From the NCBI GenBank assembly GCA_963707275.1, contig CAVPPH010000001.1, positions 1,116,625 through 1,180,624 on the forward strand: 64,000 nt of DNA. The letters are read 5' to 3'. Below the pieces are notes generated by a model. The model searched no databases and was not told the origin of the DNA. It was given only the letters and a program-made list of their open reading frames with translations. Made by a program: the position numbers and the translations under genes. Source of the DNA: an uncultured Chloroflexia bacterium (GTDB lineage: Bacteria > Chloroflexota > Anaerolineae > JAAEKA01). Below, in pieces: positions 30,708 through 44,005 of the stretch. Position 1 is the first letter of the stretch, and every line of letters starts with the position of its first letter.

Positions 30708-30794
30708 TCAAAAACATCGCTTAGGTATTGGCGGAGCAGCGTCGCTTCCGTCCCCAGCGAGGCGCCGACGGCTCAACGAACTACCGATGATCGA

Positions 30795-32320
30795 TCAATG
30801 CCTGAAGTGCCGGTGCCCCTGTGAAGCACATGGCCAGCCCCAGCCGGTTGCAGGCGGCGATGACGTCGTCGTCGCGCACGGAGCCGCCCGGCTGCACCAC
30901 GGCGCTGATGCCGTATTCGGCCGCGGCCTCGATGCCGTCGGCGAAGGGGAAGAAGGCGTCCGACGCCATCACCGCGCCGCGGGCGCGCTCGCCGGCGCGC
31001 CGGCCGGCCAGATGCACCGAGTTCGACCCGGCTCATCTGCCCCGCGCCGACGCCGACCGTCATCTGGCCGCTGGCGTAGACGATGGCGTTGGATTTGGTG
31101 TGCTTGGCGACCCGCCAGGCGAAGTCGAGGCTGGCCAGCTCGGCCGCGCTGGGCTGGCGCATGGTCACCACCTGCCACGCCGCAGCCGGCTCGATCTGCG
31201 CGTCGGGCGTCTGCGCCAGCAGCCCGCCCTCGATGGTGCGCAGCGCCAGGCCGGAGGCGGCCAGCGCCGCGGGCTGCAAAATGCGCAGGTTCTTCTTGCG
31301 CCGGAACCGCTCCAGCGCGTCGGCGTCGTAGTCGGGCGCGATGACGACCTCGACGAACAGGTCAGCCATGGCCTCGGCCAGCGCCAGATCGGCGGTGCGG
31401 TTGACGGCGACGATGCTGCCGAAGGCCGACACCGGGTCCGACGCCAGCGCATCGGGCCACGCCTCGGCCAGCGTCGCCGCGCTGGCCACGCCGCACGGGT
31501 TGGTGTGCTTGATGATGCAGACCGTCGGCGCGTCGAACTCCTGCGCCAGCCCCCAGGCGCCGTCCATGTCGAGCCAGTTGTTGTAGCTCATGGCCTTGCC
31601 GCCCAGCAGCTCGAAAGCAGCCGCCTGGCCGGCCGGCCTATAAAGCGCAGCGGCCTGGTGCGGGTTCTCGCCGTAACGCAGGGTGTCGACGCGCGCGTAG
31701 GCAGAGGTTGAGGGTGTCGGGGAATGGGTTGAGCGGCTCGGCGACGCCGGCCAGCCAGCCGGCAATGGCGGCGTCGTAGCTGGCGGTGTGCTGAAAGGCT
31801 TTCAGCGCCAGCCGGCGGCGGGTGTCCGCGTCCGGCCCGCCTGCCCGCAGGTCGTCCAGCACGCGCGGCATAGTCGCCGGGATCGCAGACCACGATGACG
31901 CTCTCGAAGTTCTTGGCCGCGGCGCGCAGCAGCGTCACCCCGCCGATGTCGATCTGCTCGACGGCTTCCGCCTCGCTCACAGCCGGGTCGGCCACGGTGC
32001 TTTGGAACGGGTAGAGGTTGCACACCACCAGATCGATGGGCGCCAGGCCGTGCGCGTCCAGCTCGGCCAGGTGTTCCGGGGTTCGCCGTGCCAGAATGCC
32101 GCCATGCACGGCCGGATGCAGCGTCTTGACCCGCCCGCCCAGTATCTCCGGGAAGCCGGTCACGTCGCTGACGTCGCTGACGTCCAGCCCGGCCGCGCGC
32201 AGCGTCCTGGCCGTGCCGCCGCTGGCGATCAGGTCCCAGCCCAGCGCGCGCCAGCCCGCGGGCGAATTCCTCCAATCCCGTCTTGTCGGAAACGCTGATC
32301 AGCGCTCGATGGTTGGCCAT
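30795..32320 (-). CDS. purH: bifunctional AICAR transformylase / IMP cyclohydrolase PurH (at least 5 frame breaks as assembled)
   Basis: The stitched pieces read [20 protein letters not shown]..., [43 protein letters not shown] and [13 protein letters not shown]. Removing one G from the GGGG run near 30812 restores the canonical C-terminus FTG-HRHFRH-TGA (stop 30795-30797). Confidence 0.88.
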
Positions 32321-33171
32321 AGGTCGTTGTCGCTTCCCTCGGACTCCAGTTCACCGGCCAGATCGTCGCCGTCGCCATAATCAGCCGCCGAAGCAGGCTC
32401 GCCGGCCAGCAGACCCGCGCCCGCGACGGCATTGGTCATCAACGCGGCCAGCGCAGCCGTATCCAGCCGCGCGCCATCGCCGCTCCTGCCGCCGATCGCG
32501 ACCACCTCGTCCAGCGATACTTCCTGCAAGCCGGCCAGCGCGGCCAATGCCCACTCACGCGTCGCAGCCGCCGACCGCAGTTGCAGGGAGGCTGGATCAG
32601 ACGAGCGGCTGACCGACAATCCGGCCGCGGGCAGCGCTGCCTGCAACGCGTCGAGCTTGGCGTCTGCCGCTTCGACCGTCACCCGGTAAACCGGCCGGTC
32701 GAGGTAGCCACCGAGATCTGCGGAAATCTGCGGCCAGAGGCCGGTCTGGTCGATGGTAGAACGCACCAGCGATCCGACCCGATTGGCGGCCCAGGCGTCG
32801 GCCCGCTCCAGCACGACCGGCGCCTTGGGCGCGCTGCGCTGCACCTGTTGCAGCAACTGCGCCAGAACGTCGCGATCCAGTGGCTGGTCAAGCTGCGCCT
32901 TCTGGGTGGGAAAGTCGTAGATCAGTGCGCCATCAAAGGCGATCACCGGCGCGCCCAGCCCAAGCTGCGCCCAGTAGCGGTGGATGGCCTGCGGCGACAA
33001 CGCCGATGCCAGCACCACCTTGACGCCCATGGCATGAGCCGCCCGCAGCGCACCTGCATCGAGCGGGTCGAGCACACCTGCGGGCGTGACGATGCTGTCC
33101 AGATCGACAGCCATTAGGCGAAAGCGGGCAGCAGGCGAAATTGTTGTGGTTGGTAGGTTCCAGGTCGTCAT
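32299..33171 (-). CDS. HAD-superfamily (Cof-like) hydrolase, divergent, acidic C-terminal tail
   Basis: Motif I-like MAVDLDSIVT. The sequence ...VVAIGGRSGDGARLD... resembles motif IV. The start is chosen at M29 of ORF 32299-33255. Family assignment is weak. Confidence 0.45.
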   Translation of the reverse strand: MTTWNLPTTTISPAARFRLMAVDLDSIVTPAGVLDPLDAGALRAAHAMGVKVVLASALSPQAIHRYWAQLGLGAPVIAFDGALIYDFPTQKAQLDQPLDRDVLAQLLQQVQRSAPKAPVVLERADAWAANRVGSLVRSTIDQTGLWPQISADLGGYLDRPVYRVTVEAADAKLDALQAALPAAGLSVSRSSDPASLQLRSAAATREWALAALAGLQEVSLDEVVAIGGRSGDGARLDTAALAALMTNAVAGAGLLAGEPASAADYGDGDDLAGELESEGSDNDLWPTIER

Positions 33172-33277
33172 GGTCGGTCCTCCATCGTGACGGTCACGGG
33201 CTGTTGCACGAGTGTCGTGCCGCGGCAATGTACCATAGGCCCACCCGGTTGTCAATCCAACCAGCAGCAGGGCCCGC

Positions 33278-33330
33278 TCGTAGCAAGCGCTTCAGCGCCC
33301 CGTTCCGGGGCGCTGAAGCGCTTGCTACGA
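33278..33330. repeat. perfect 25-bp-stem / 3-nt-loop inverted repeat
   Basis: tcgtagcaagcgcttcagcgccccg (33278-33302) is the exact reverse complement of 33306-33330. It lies in a divergent intergenic region. Confidence 0.9.
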
Positions 33331-33590
33331 ACCAATCCGCTTTGAAATTCCGGTCTTTTCTTTTGCCGGCACGCGCGAAAATGACTTTGTTTTGCGTTCA
33401 ACAGAAATGTAACCCAATGCCAGCCACAATCACATAGAAAGGAGTGACGCCGACAAAAGTTGCCGGGCAACTGAGTTTGTAACACATTTCGTAACGATTT
33501 CGGAACGTGCGCCTGCTATGATCAGAACGTTGAACAATCGATGCGGCCGTCTGGCTGCATCATAGTATCCATCTAACGGAGGAAAACCCA

Positions 33591-34790
33591 ATGAAACGTG
33601 TCCGTCTTCATGTCGCAGTATCGCTGGCGTTGGCGTTGGTAATGCTGCTCGGCGCGGTACCTGGCGCCTTTGCCGGCCCGACCACACCAACTGCCAGCAA
33701 CGACCCGTTCGTGCGCGCTGCCAACTATTTCAGGACCCACCGGATGCCCGAGGCCGCTATGCAGGTTCCGGCAGGAATGCAGGTGCTGGGTACCGGCCTG
33801 AACAACGGCCGCGGCATCACCATCGGGCCGGATGGCGGCCTGTATATCGCCGAGAGCGGCAACGGCAATCCTGACAACTGCGCCGAGCTCTTCCCCGGTT
33901 TCGAAGCCTGCGTCGGCGACAGCGGATCGGTCACGCGCATCGAAAACGGCGTTCAGGAACGCATCGCGACCGGTCTGCCCTCCTGGGCCGACAGCAGCGG
34001 CTTCGGCGCCAGCGGTCCGGCCGGCATCACATGGAAACCGCGTGACGCCTTCTTTGTAACAGTCGGCCTCGGCTTCGGTCTCAGCCCGGACGATCTGGCG
34101 GCGATCGATCCGATTGGCGGCTGGTTCGGCACCCTGATGCGCATGAACCCGGCCGGCTACTGGAACGTGCAGGCCGACATCTACGGCTACGAGGCAGCGA
34201 GCAACCCCGATGGAGGCGAGATCGACACCAACCCGTACGGTGTAGTGGCCGTCCAGGGCCGCAACCGAATCGTCGCCGATGCTGGTGGTAACTCGCTGCT
34301 GAAGGTCAACAACAACGGCCACGTCTCCACGGTGGCCGTATTCCCGAACACCATGTTCCCCGGCGTCCCCTTCCCGGTGCAGGCCGTGCCAACGTCTGTA
34401 GTGCAGGGACCAGGCAACACATACTACGTTTCGCAGTTGGTCGGCTTCCCCTTCCCGGTCGGCGGCGCCAAGATCTATCAGGTCTGGCCCAACGGATACA
34501 TGCAGGTGGTAGCCGATGGGCTGTCGGCTGTGGTTGACCTCGCCACCGGACCAGATGGCAACCTGTATGCGGTTGAGATCGCCAATGACCTGTTTGCTTG
34601 TGAGACTGCCGGCGTGTGCGATGGCCGACTGTACAGAATCGATCCCAACACCGGAACCAAGACGATGCTGGCCAACAACCTGCCTTACCCCGGCGGCGTA
34701 GCTGTTGACAGCAGCGGTGCAATCTATGTTACCCTGTTCAGCATCTTCCCCGAAGTCGCTGGCGGCGGCACGGTTGTACGCATGAACTAG
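33591..34790 (+). CDS. secreted beta-propeller protein, ScyD/ScyE-like family
   Basis: Intact 399-aa ORF with the signal peptide MKRVRLHVAVSLALALVMLLGAVPGAFA. It has repeated GPDGxLY blades, and the motif VSQLVGFPFPVGGAKIYQV is recalled from ScyD/ScyE-family annotations. Confidence 0.55.
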   Translation: MKRVRLHVAVSLALALVMLLGAVPGAFAGPTTPTASNDPFVRAANYFRTHRMPEAAMQVPAGMQVLGTGLNNGRGITIGPDGGLYIAESGNGNPDNCAELFPGFEACVGDSGSVTRIENGVQERIATGLPSWADSSGFGASGPAGITWKPRDAFFVTVGLGFGLSPDDLAAIDPIGGWFGTLMRMNPAGYWNVQADIYGYEAASNPDGGEIDTNPYGVVAVQGRNRIVADAGGNSLLKVNNNGHVSTVAVFPNTMFPGVPFPVQAVPTSVVQGPGNTYYVSQLVGFPFPVGGAKIYQVWPNGYMQVVADGLSAVVDLATGPDGNLYAVEIANDLFACETAGVCDGRLYRIDPNTGTKTMLANNLPYPGGVAVDSSGAIYVTLFSIFPEVAGGGTVVRMN

Positions 34791-34797
34791 GTGCAGA

Positions 34798-34893
34798 AGA
34801 AACCGGGGTTTTCGCTCTTGCAGGCAACGATCACGAACTGAACGAGGCTTGTGAGGGCGCTGAATTTGGATCGCAGATGAAAAACCTGGTTTC
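34798..34893. repeat. dispersed repeat family B, copy 2
   Basis: The ends agaaaccggggtttt (34798-34812) and aaaacctggtttct (34880-34893) are imperfect inverted repeats. The internal ctcttgcaggcaacgatcac resembles copy 1. Confidence 0.5.
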
Positions 34894-34902
34894 TCAAACT
34901 AC

Positions 34903-34937
34903 AAAGCGGGACGCATCGCGTGATGCGTCCCGCTTTT
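34903..34937. terminator. bidirectional intrinsic terminator between scyD-like gene and carB
   Basis: aaAGCGGGACGCATC-gcgt-GATGCGTCCCGCTtttgg has a 13-bp GC-rich stem flanked by an A-tract and a T-tract. Confidence 0.65.
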
Positions 34938-34965
34938 GGTTGATGCCCCAGGACGCCGGCTGCGG

Positions 34966-38341
<3,376 letters not shown>

Positions 38342-38368
38342 CGAGCTGCTCGCTGATCGGCTGCGCGG

Positions 38369-38818
38369 CTACTCGCCGGCAGGCCAAATCTGTTCGTAAG
38401 CGTCGGAGATGGCGGCTGCCAGCGCGTCGAGTTCACGGCGCGGTGGGCGCTGCGACCAGTCGGCGCTGATCCTGAACTGATCGCCAGCGAAACGGGGAAT
38501 GACGTGCAGATGGACGTGGAATACATCCTGCATGGCCGCTTCGCCGTCTGCCAGGAAGAGGTTGATTCCTTCGCAGGCAATGGTGGTGCGCCGGATCGCC
38601 GCCGCCGTGCGCTGCGCAATCTTGAACAGGTGCATACCGATCTCCTCGGGCAGATCGGTCAGACCAGCGGCGTGCAGGCGTGGAACCACCAGCACGTGTC
38701 CGGGATTGACCGGCCCGATGTCCATAAACGCGACGCAGATGTCGTCTTCAAAGAGAACGCTGCCGGGCGCGCGGTTGTCAACAATCGCGCAGAAGATGCA
38801 TTCAGTCGTGGGTGTCAT
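38369..38818 (-). CDS. HIT (histidine triad) family nucleotide hydrolase/transferase
   Basis: Intact 149-aa ORF with CIFCAI... and the HVHLHVIP triad. Confidence 0.8.
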   Translation of the reverse strand: MTPTTECIFCAIVDNRAPGSVLFEDDICVAFMDIGPVNPGHVLVVPRLHAAGLTDLPEEIGMHLFKIAQRTAAAIRRTTIACEGINLFLADGEAAMQDVFHVHLHVIPRFAGDQFRISADWSQRPPRRELDALAAAISDAYEQIWPAGE

Positions 38819-38903
38819 TCGGGCAGTCTACAACACGCGATCAGCCTTTGTCAAAGCAACAAGGGAGCCGCGAAACGCGTCGATTTTCTTAAGGTAAACC
38901 CTA

Positions 38904-38964
38904 TTGACAAATGTGAATATTTGTGATATTTTGTGAATACACTACCGTGAATTTTGTATTCACA
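38904..38964 (+). promoter_or_regulatory. candidate promoter (TTGACA-N17-TATTTT) overlapped by a phased TGTGA(A)TA operator array
   Basis: ttgaca at 38904-38909 and tatttt at 38927-38932. TGTGAATA/TGTGATA/TGTGAATAC start at 38912, 38922 and 38932 with 10-bp phasing. The inverted copy GTATTCACA is at 38956-38964. Confidence 0.45.
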
Positions 38965-39010
38965 TATGTGCACGCCATCAATCGTCTATCCAAACTGGGA
39001 GATGTTACCC

Positions 39011-41097
39011 GTGATACAAGAAGTAAACGACATGGTGTTCGTCCTGAACGAAACGATCGACCTCGCACCGGACAGGCTCAAGGACATGCTCTTCAAGATG
39101 CATCTCACACGCATCTTTGAAGATGCCGCCTTCCAGCAATACTCCCTTGGCAAAGTCCACGGCACCATGCATCTGTGCTCGGGGCAGGAGGCAGTGGCCG
39201 TTGGAGCGATCGCCGCGTTGCAGCCCGACGACCTGATCACATCCACTCATCGCGGCCACGGGCATGCCATCGCCAAGGGCCAGGACATCAACACGATGAT
39301 GGCCGAGCTGCTGGCCAAGGAGACGGGCGTCTGCCGCGGCCGCGGCGGCTCCATGCACATGGCCGACCTGAACGTGGGCAGCCTGGGCGCCAACGGCGTC
39401 GTGTCGGGCGGCATCCCCCTGGCAGTGGGCGCGGGCCTGTCGATCCATCTGCGCGGAAGCGACCAGGTGTGCATGTGTTTCTTCGGCGATGGCGCTTCTA
39501 ACGAGGGCGCCTTTCACGAGAGCATCAACATGGCCGCCGTCTGGAAGCTGCCGGTGGTCTTCCTGTGCGAGAACAACCAGTACGGCATGTCGATGTCACT
39601 GGCGCGGGCCAATTCTTCGACCGACATCGCCGACCGCGCCATCGGCTACGGGATCCCCGGCGAGACGGTGGACGGCATGGACCCGCTGGCGGTCTACGAA
39701 GCAGCCAGACCGCGCGGCGCAGCACGCCCGGTCTGGCCAGGGTCCGGTGCTGATCAACGCGCTGACCTATCGCTATTTCGGCCACTCCAAGAGCGACAAG
39801 CAGCGCTACCGGACGAAGCAGGAAGTAGAGGCGTGGCGAGCCAGGGATCCGATCCCGGCCTTCGCCAACCGGCTGATCGGTACCGGCATCATCAGCGAGG
39901 CCGAAGCGGCTGCGCTGGAAGCGCAGGCAGCCAAGGCTGTCGAGGACGCCATCGCCTGGGGCGACGCCGGCCCGGAGCCCGTCGTTGGAGCACCTGACCG
40001 ACGATGTGTACGCCGATGAGCCGGCGGTGCTTGCTGCGCCGGATCGTGTTCTGCCGGCCTGGATCAAGACGGCATTCGGCCCGCAGACGCCCATCAACCC
40101 CGCACCGGGCACGCGCGAAATCAGCTATTCCGAAGCGCTGCGCGAAGCTATGGGCCAGGCGCTCAAGGCCGACGACTCTGTCTATCTGATGGGTGAAGAC
40201 ATCGGCATCTACGGCGGCGCGTTCGGCGTCACCATGGGACTTGTCGAGGAGTTCGGCGAGGAGCGGGTGCGCGACACGCCGATTTCGGAGAACGCCATCG
40301 TCGGCGCTGCCGTGGGCAGCGCGGTGGCAGGCATGCGACCCGTGGCCGAGATGCAGTTCATGGATTTCATCACGCTGGGCATGGAGCAACTGGTGCTGCA
40401 AGGCGCCAAGATCCGCTACATGTTCGGCGGCAAGGCCAGCGTGCCGATGGTGCTCAGAATGCCGGCCGGCTCAGGAACCGGCGCGGCGGCGCAGCACTCG
40501 CAGAGCCTGGAGTCGTGGCTGGTCAACGTGCCGGGACTGAAAGTTGTCGCCCCTGCCACGCCCTACGAAGCCAAGGGCCTGCTGCTGGCGGCTATCGCCG
40601 ACAACAACCCGGTGATGTTCGTCGAGAACAAACTGCTCTACAAGGTCAAGGGACCGGTCCCTGAGCAGCCCTACATCGTCCCGCTGGGCACGGCTGCTGT
40701 CCGTCGTCCGGGCAAGGATCTCACCGTGGTCGCGACATCGATCATGGTCGTGCGCGCGCTGGAAGCAGCCCAGCAGTTGGCGCAGGAAGGCATCGAGCTG
40801 GAGGTGATCGACCTGCGCACGCTGAAACCGTACGACGACGCGACGATCATCGCGTCGGTGAAGCGAACCGGGCGGCTGCTGATGGTGCACGAGGCGCCGC
40901 TGATCGGCGGCTTCGGCGGCGAGATCGTCGCCATGATCGCGCAGAGCGAGGCGTTCGCCTACCTGGAAGCCCCGATTGTGCGGCTGGGCGGCGCAGACGT
41001 GCCCATCCCCTACAATCCCCGGCTGGAGCGCGCGGCTGTCCCGCAGACCGAAGACATCGTAGCCGCTGCACGCCGCCTGGCGCGCACCGAGATCTAA
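39011..41097 (+). CDS. fused E1 alpha/beta subunit of a TPP-dependent 2-oxoacid/acetoin dehydrogenase (2 frame breaks, about 39700 and about 39985)
   Basis: The alpha part reads ...[12 protein letters not shown]...[12 protein letters not shown]...GRGGSMH...[22 protein letters not shown]. After ...[12 protein letters not shown] and a linker of about 35 aa it continues without a stop into the beta part [14 protein letters not shown]...[14 protein letters not shown]...DTPISE.... Confidence 0.75.
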
Positions 41098-41107
41098 GGA
41101 GACCTCC

Positions 41108-42515
41108 ATGCCGACCGCTGTCATCATGCCGAAATACGAGATGACCCAGGAGACCGGCACGGTCGGAACCTGGCTCAAGGCCGAAGGTGAGTTCGTGCAC
41201 AAGGGCGAGGTGATTCTGGAGATCGAGACCGACAAGGTCAGCATGGACGTCGAATCGCCGGCTGACGGCACCCTGGTGGGCAATCTCGGCCGGGCCGGGC
41301 CAGGTGGTGCCCGTCGGCCAGACCATCGCCTACCTGCTGCGCGAGGGCGAGACATGGCCGCAGCAGGCCAGCGAGCCCGCGCAGACTCCGGCCGCAGCCG
41401 GCGCCCGCCGCCAAGACCGAGTCGCTCCGTCCAGCCCGCGGTAGCTGCCAGCCCCCTGGCAGCCCGGATGGCCAACGATCTGGGAATCGACCTCAACGGC
41501 GTATCCGGCAGCGGGCCGCGCGGCAAGGTAACCCGCAAGGACATCGAGAACCACATCCAGGCCGCTGCGCCCGCAACCAGCGACGATGACAAGCTGCGCG
41601 CGGTTCCGGCAGCCCGCCGGCTGGCGCGCGAGCTGGGGATTGACTTGCAGCAGGTTCACGGCACGGGGCCGCAGGGCAGAATCCAGTCGGCCGACGTACG
41701 GCGCCTTTGCAGCGCAGCGCGACCAGGTCGCCGCAGCCGCGCCGACCGCACCAGCGCCCGCCCAGCCGCCTTCCGACACGGCCACCGAAGCGCAGCCGGT
41801 TGCCTCCCTTGCTGGCGCGCCGGCCGTGCGCCGCATGGTTCCCCTGACCAGCATCCGCCGCACCATCGCCGAGCGCATGATCGCCAGCGTGCGCGAGGCG
41901 CCGCAGTTCACCGTCAGCGTCGATGCCGACATGACCCGCTCGCTGGCCATCGTGGAGGACCTGAAGGCTGGCATCGCAGCGGACCAGCCGCGCATCACCC
42001 TGACAACCCTGCTGATCCGCGCCTGCGCCTGGTCGCTGGCCCGTCACCCGGAGGCCAACAGCGCCTTCCTGGACGGCCAGATCGCAGAATGGGACGAGGT
42101 GAACGTCGGCGTCGCGACAGCCATCGATGCCGGGCTGATCGTGTCGGTGATACGCGGAGCGGACAAGTTGGGAATGCGCGCCATCGCGGCGCAACTGGTC
42201 GAATTGACCGGGCGAGCGCGCGAGGGGCGGCTCAAGCTGGAAGACCTGCAAGGCGGCACGTTCACCCTTTCCAACCTGGGAATGTTCGGCATCGACCGCT
42301 TCACGGCGATCCTGAACCCGCCGCAGGCAGCCATCCTGGCAGTGGGCCGGACTGCCAAACGGCCTGTGGTGGTCGACGACGACCGGCTGGAGGTGCGACC
42401 GGTGGCCACGCTGACCCTGACGGCGGATCATCGCGTGCTGGACGGCGCATCGGCTGCCAGGTTCCTGGCGACGATCCAGACAGCCCTGGAACATCCAGGC
42501 ATAATGATGGAATAG
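41108..42515 (+). CDS. dihydrolipoamide acyltransferase E2 component (at least 2 frame breaks, about 41285-41590)
   Basis: The lipoyl domain is ...LEIETDKVSMDVESPADGTL. The E3/E1-binding motif is PAARRLARELGIDLQQVHGTGPQGRI. The catalytic domain ends ...LTLTADHRVLDGASAARFL (DHRxxDG). Confidence 0.8.
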
Positions 42516-42554
42516 GAAAGGAAGCAATCACATGTTCATTACAGGAGAAACCTC

Positions 42555-43260
42555 ATGAGTTCTGTCCCTCTGCTGCAATGCGCGATGGACTATATCTCAC
42601 TGCCGCCAGCCATGGCGATGTCCTTGAAGGTGGCGCCAGAAGTGGACATCATCGAGATCGGCACGCCCGCTGTGCAAGGCCGCCGGCCTGCAGGCGATCC
42701 AGTTCATCCGCGAGATCCTGCCGGACAAGCTGATCCTGGCAGACTTCAAGACCCCGGACGTGGGTGGACTGGAAGCCAAGATGGCCTTCGACGCCGGCGC
42801 CGACATGATGACCGTCATCGGCGGCGCGCCGCTGGCCACCGTCGAATCGGCGCTGGACGCGGCCCGGGCCGCCGGCAAGGAAATGCTGATGGAACTGACC
42901 GGCGTGCGCGACATCCTGGCACGGGCCAGCGAATGGCGAGCCATCGGCGTCGAGCGCATGGTCTACCACCGGGGCTGGGACGAGCAGGCTTATAACCGTC
43001 AGTGGGTGGACGAGGATCGGGCCACAATCCGGCAGCTCATCGATATGGGCTTCAAGGTGACGGTGACGGGCGGCATCACCAGGGAAACGCTGGGCTTCTT
43101 CCAGCCGCTGGATGTGTCGATAGTGATCTGCGGTCGAGGCATTCGAGAGGCATCAGACCCGCTCCAGGCGGCCCGCGAGTTCCGCCGCGAGATGGAAACG
43201 CTTTGGGGACGCGATCGCGTTCTCCAGACACAACAACGGGAGGTTGTTACTCATGGCTGA
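42555..43260 (+). CDS. ulaD: 3-keto-L-gulonate-6-phosphate decarboxylase (UlaD/SgbH family; frame break about 42680-42700)
   Basis: VDIIEIGTP..., ILADFKT.D, MVYHRGWDEQ, MGFKVTVTGG and ICGRGIREASDPLQAAREFRREMETLWG closely parallel E. coli UlaD as I recall it. Confidence 0.75.
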
Positions 43261-44005
43261 GTCTTTGAATGGCAAGGTAGCGGTGATCAGCGGCGTAGGA
43301 TCCGGCTTCGGAAAGGCCACCGCAGAATTGTTCGCCCAGATCGACCAGGTGAACCTCGTTCTGATCGACCGCAACGAGACGGCCCTCAAGGCCACGGCCG
43401 ACGTGTGCAGAGGCGTATGGTTCAGAGGTCATCGCCCTCGCGGGCGATGTGACCCACCTCGGAGACCTTCGAGCGTGCCTACACGGAGACGATCAACGCC
43501 TTCGGCAAGGTTGATTTCCTCATCAACTACGCAGGCGGCGCGCTCAAGGTGGCGCCGATCGAGGAGATGGATGACGACATCAATCGCCTCATCATCGATC
43601 TGAACCTGACCAGTGCGATCATGAGCTGCCGGACATTCACCCCACAGTTCAAGAAGCAGGGGTACGGCAAGATCATCAATGTATCCAGCGCCTGTGACCG
43701 CCGTTCGTGGCCAGGATGGTCGGTTTACTCGGCAGCCAAGGCCGGCGTCAACGCCTTCACCAAGTGCCTGTACACAGAGCTACGCCCCCACGGCATCGCC
43801 GTCACGCTGCTGGTGCCGGGCGGATCCAACACCGGCTTCCAGGCAGCAGCAACCGGCGTTGACAAGTTCGAGTGGGACGAGGAATTGGCAGTGCGCCCTG
43901 AGCACTTCGCCGACATGGTTTACCAGACCTGCGCGCTCGACCCGGGGAGGATGCGTTTCCGAGCTGCTCGTTTACGGACTGGCGCAAGACGTCAGCGGCT
44001 TCTAA
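43253..44005 (+). CDS. SDR-family oxidoreductase (2 frame breaks, about 43420-43480 and about 43950)
   Basis: GKVAVISGVGSGFGKA (TGxxxGxG-like), NYAGG and YSAAKAGVNAF (YxxxK) are present. The start overlaps the ulaD stop. Confidence 0.75.

Noticed and set aside
30708-30710. In-frame TGA at a conserved Trp position of the FG-GAP repeat, considered as evidence for TGA=Trp recoding
   Set aside because: TGA clearly functions as a stop elsewhere in the window, for example in ulaD, carA, corrected purH and the aminotransferase. A point mutation, a sequencing error or a truncated gene is more likely.
39960-40090. Separate E1 alpha and E1 beta genes with a hidden stop
   Set aside because: After the frame correction needed to read the alpha C-terminus (EHLTDDVYA), the same frame continues without a stop into the beta subunit. 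I therefore call a fusion, with the caveat that another undetected indel pair could mask a stop.
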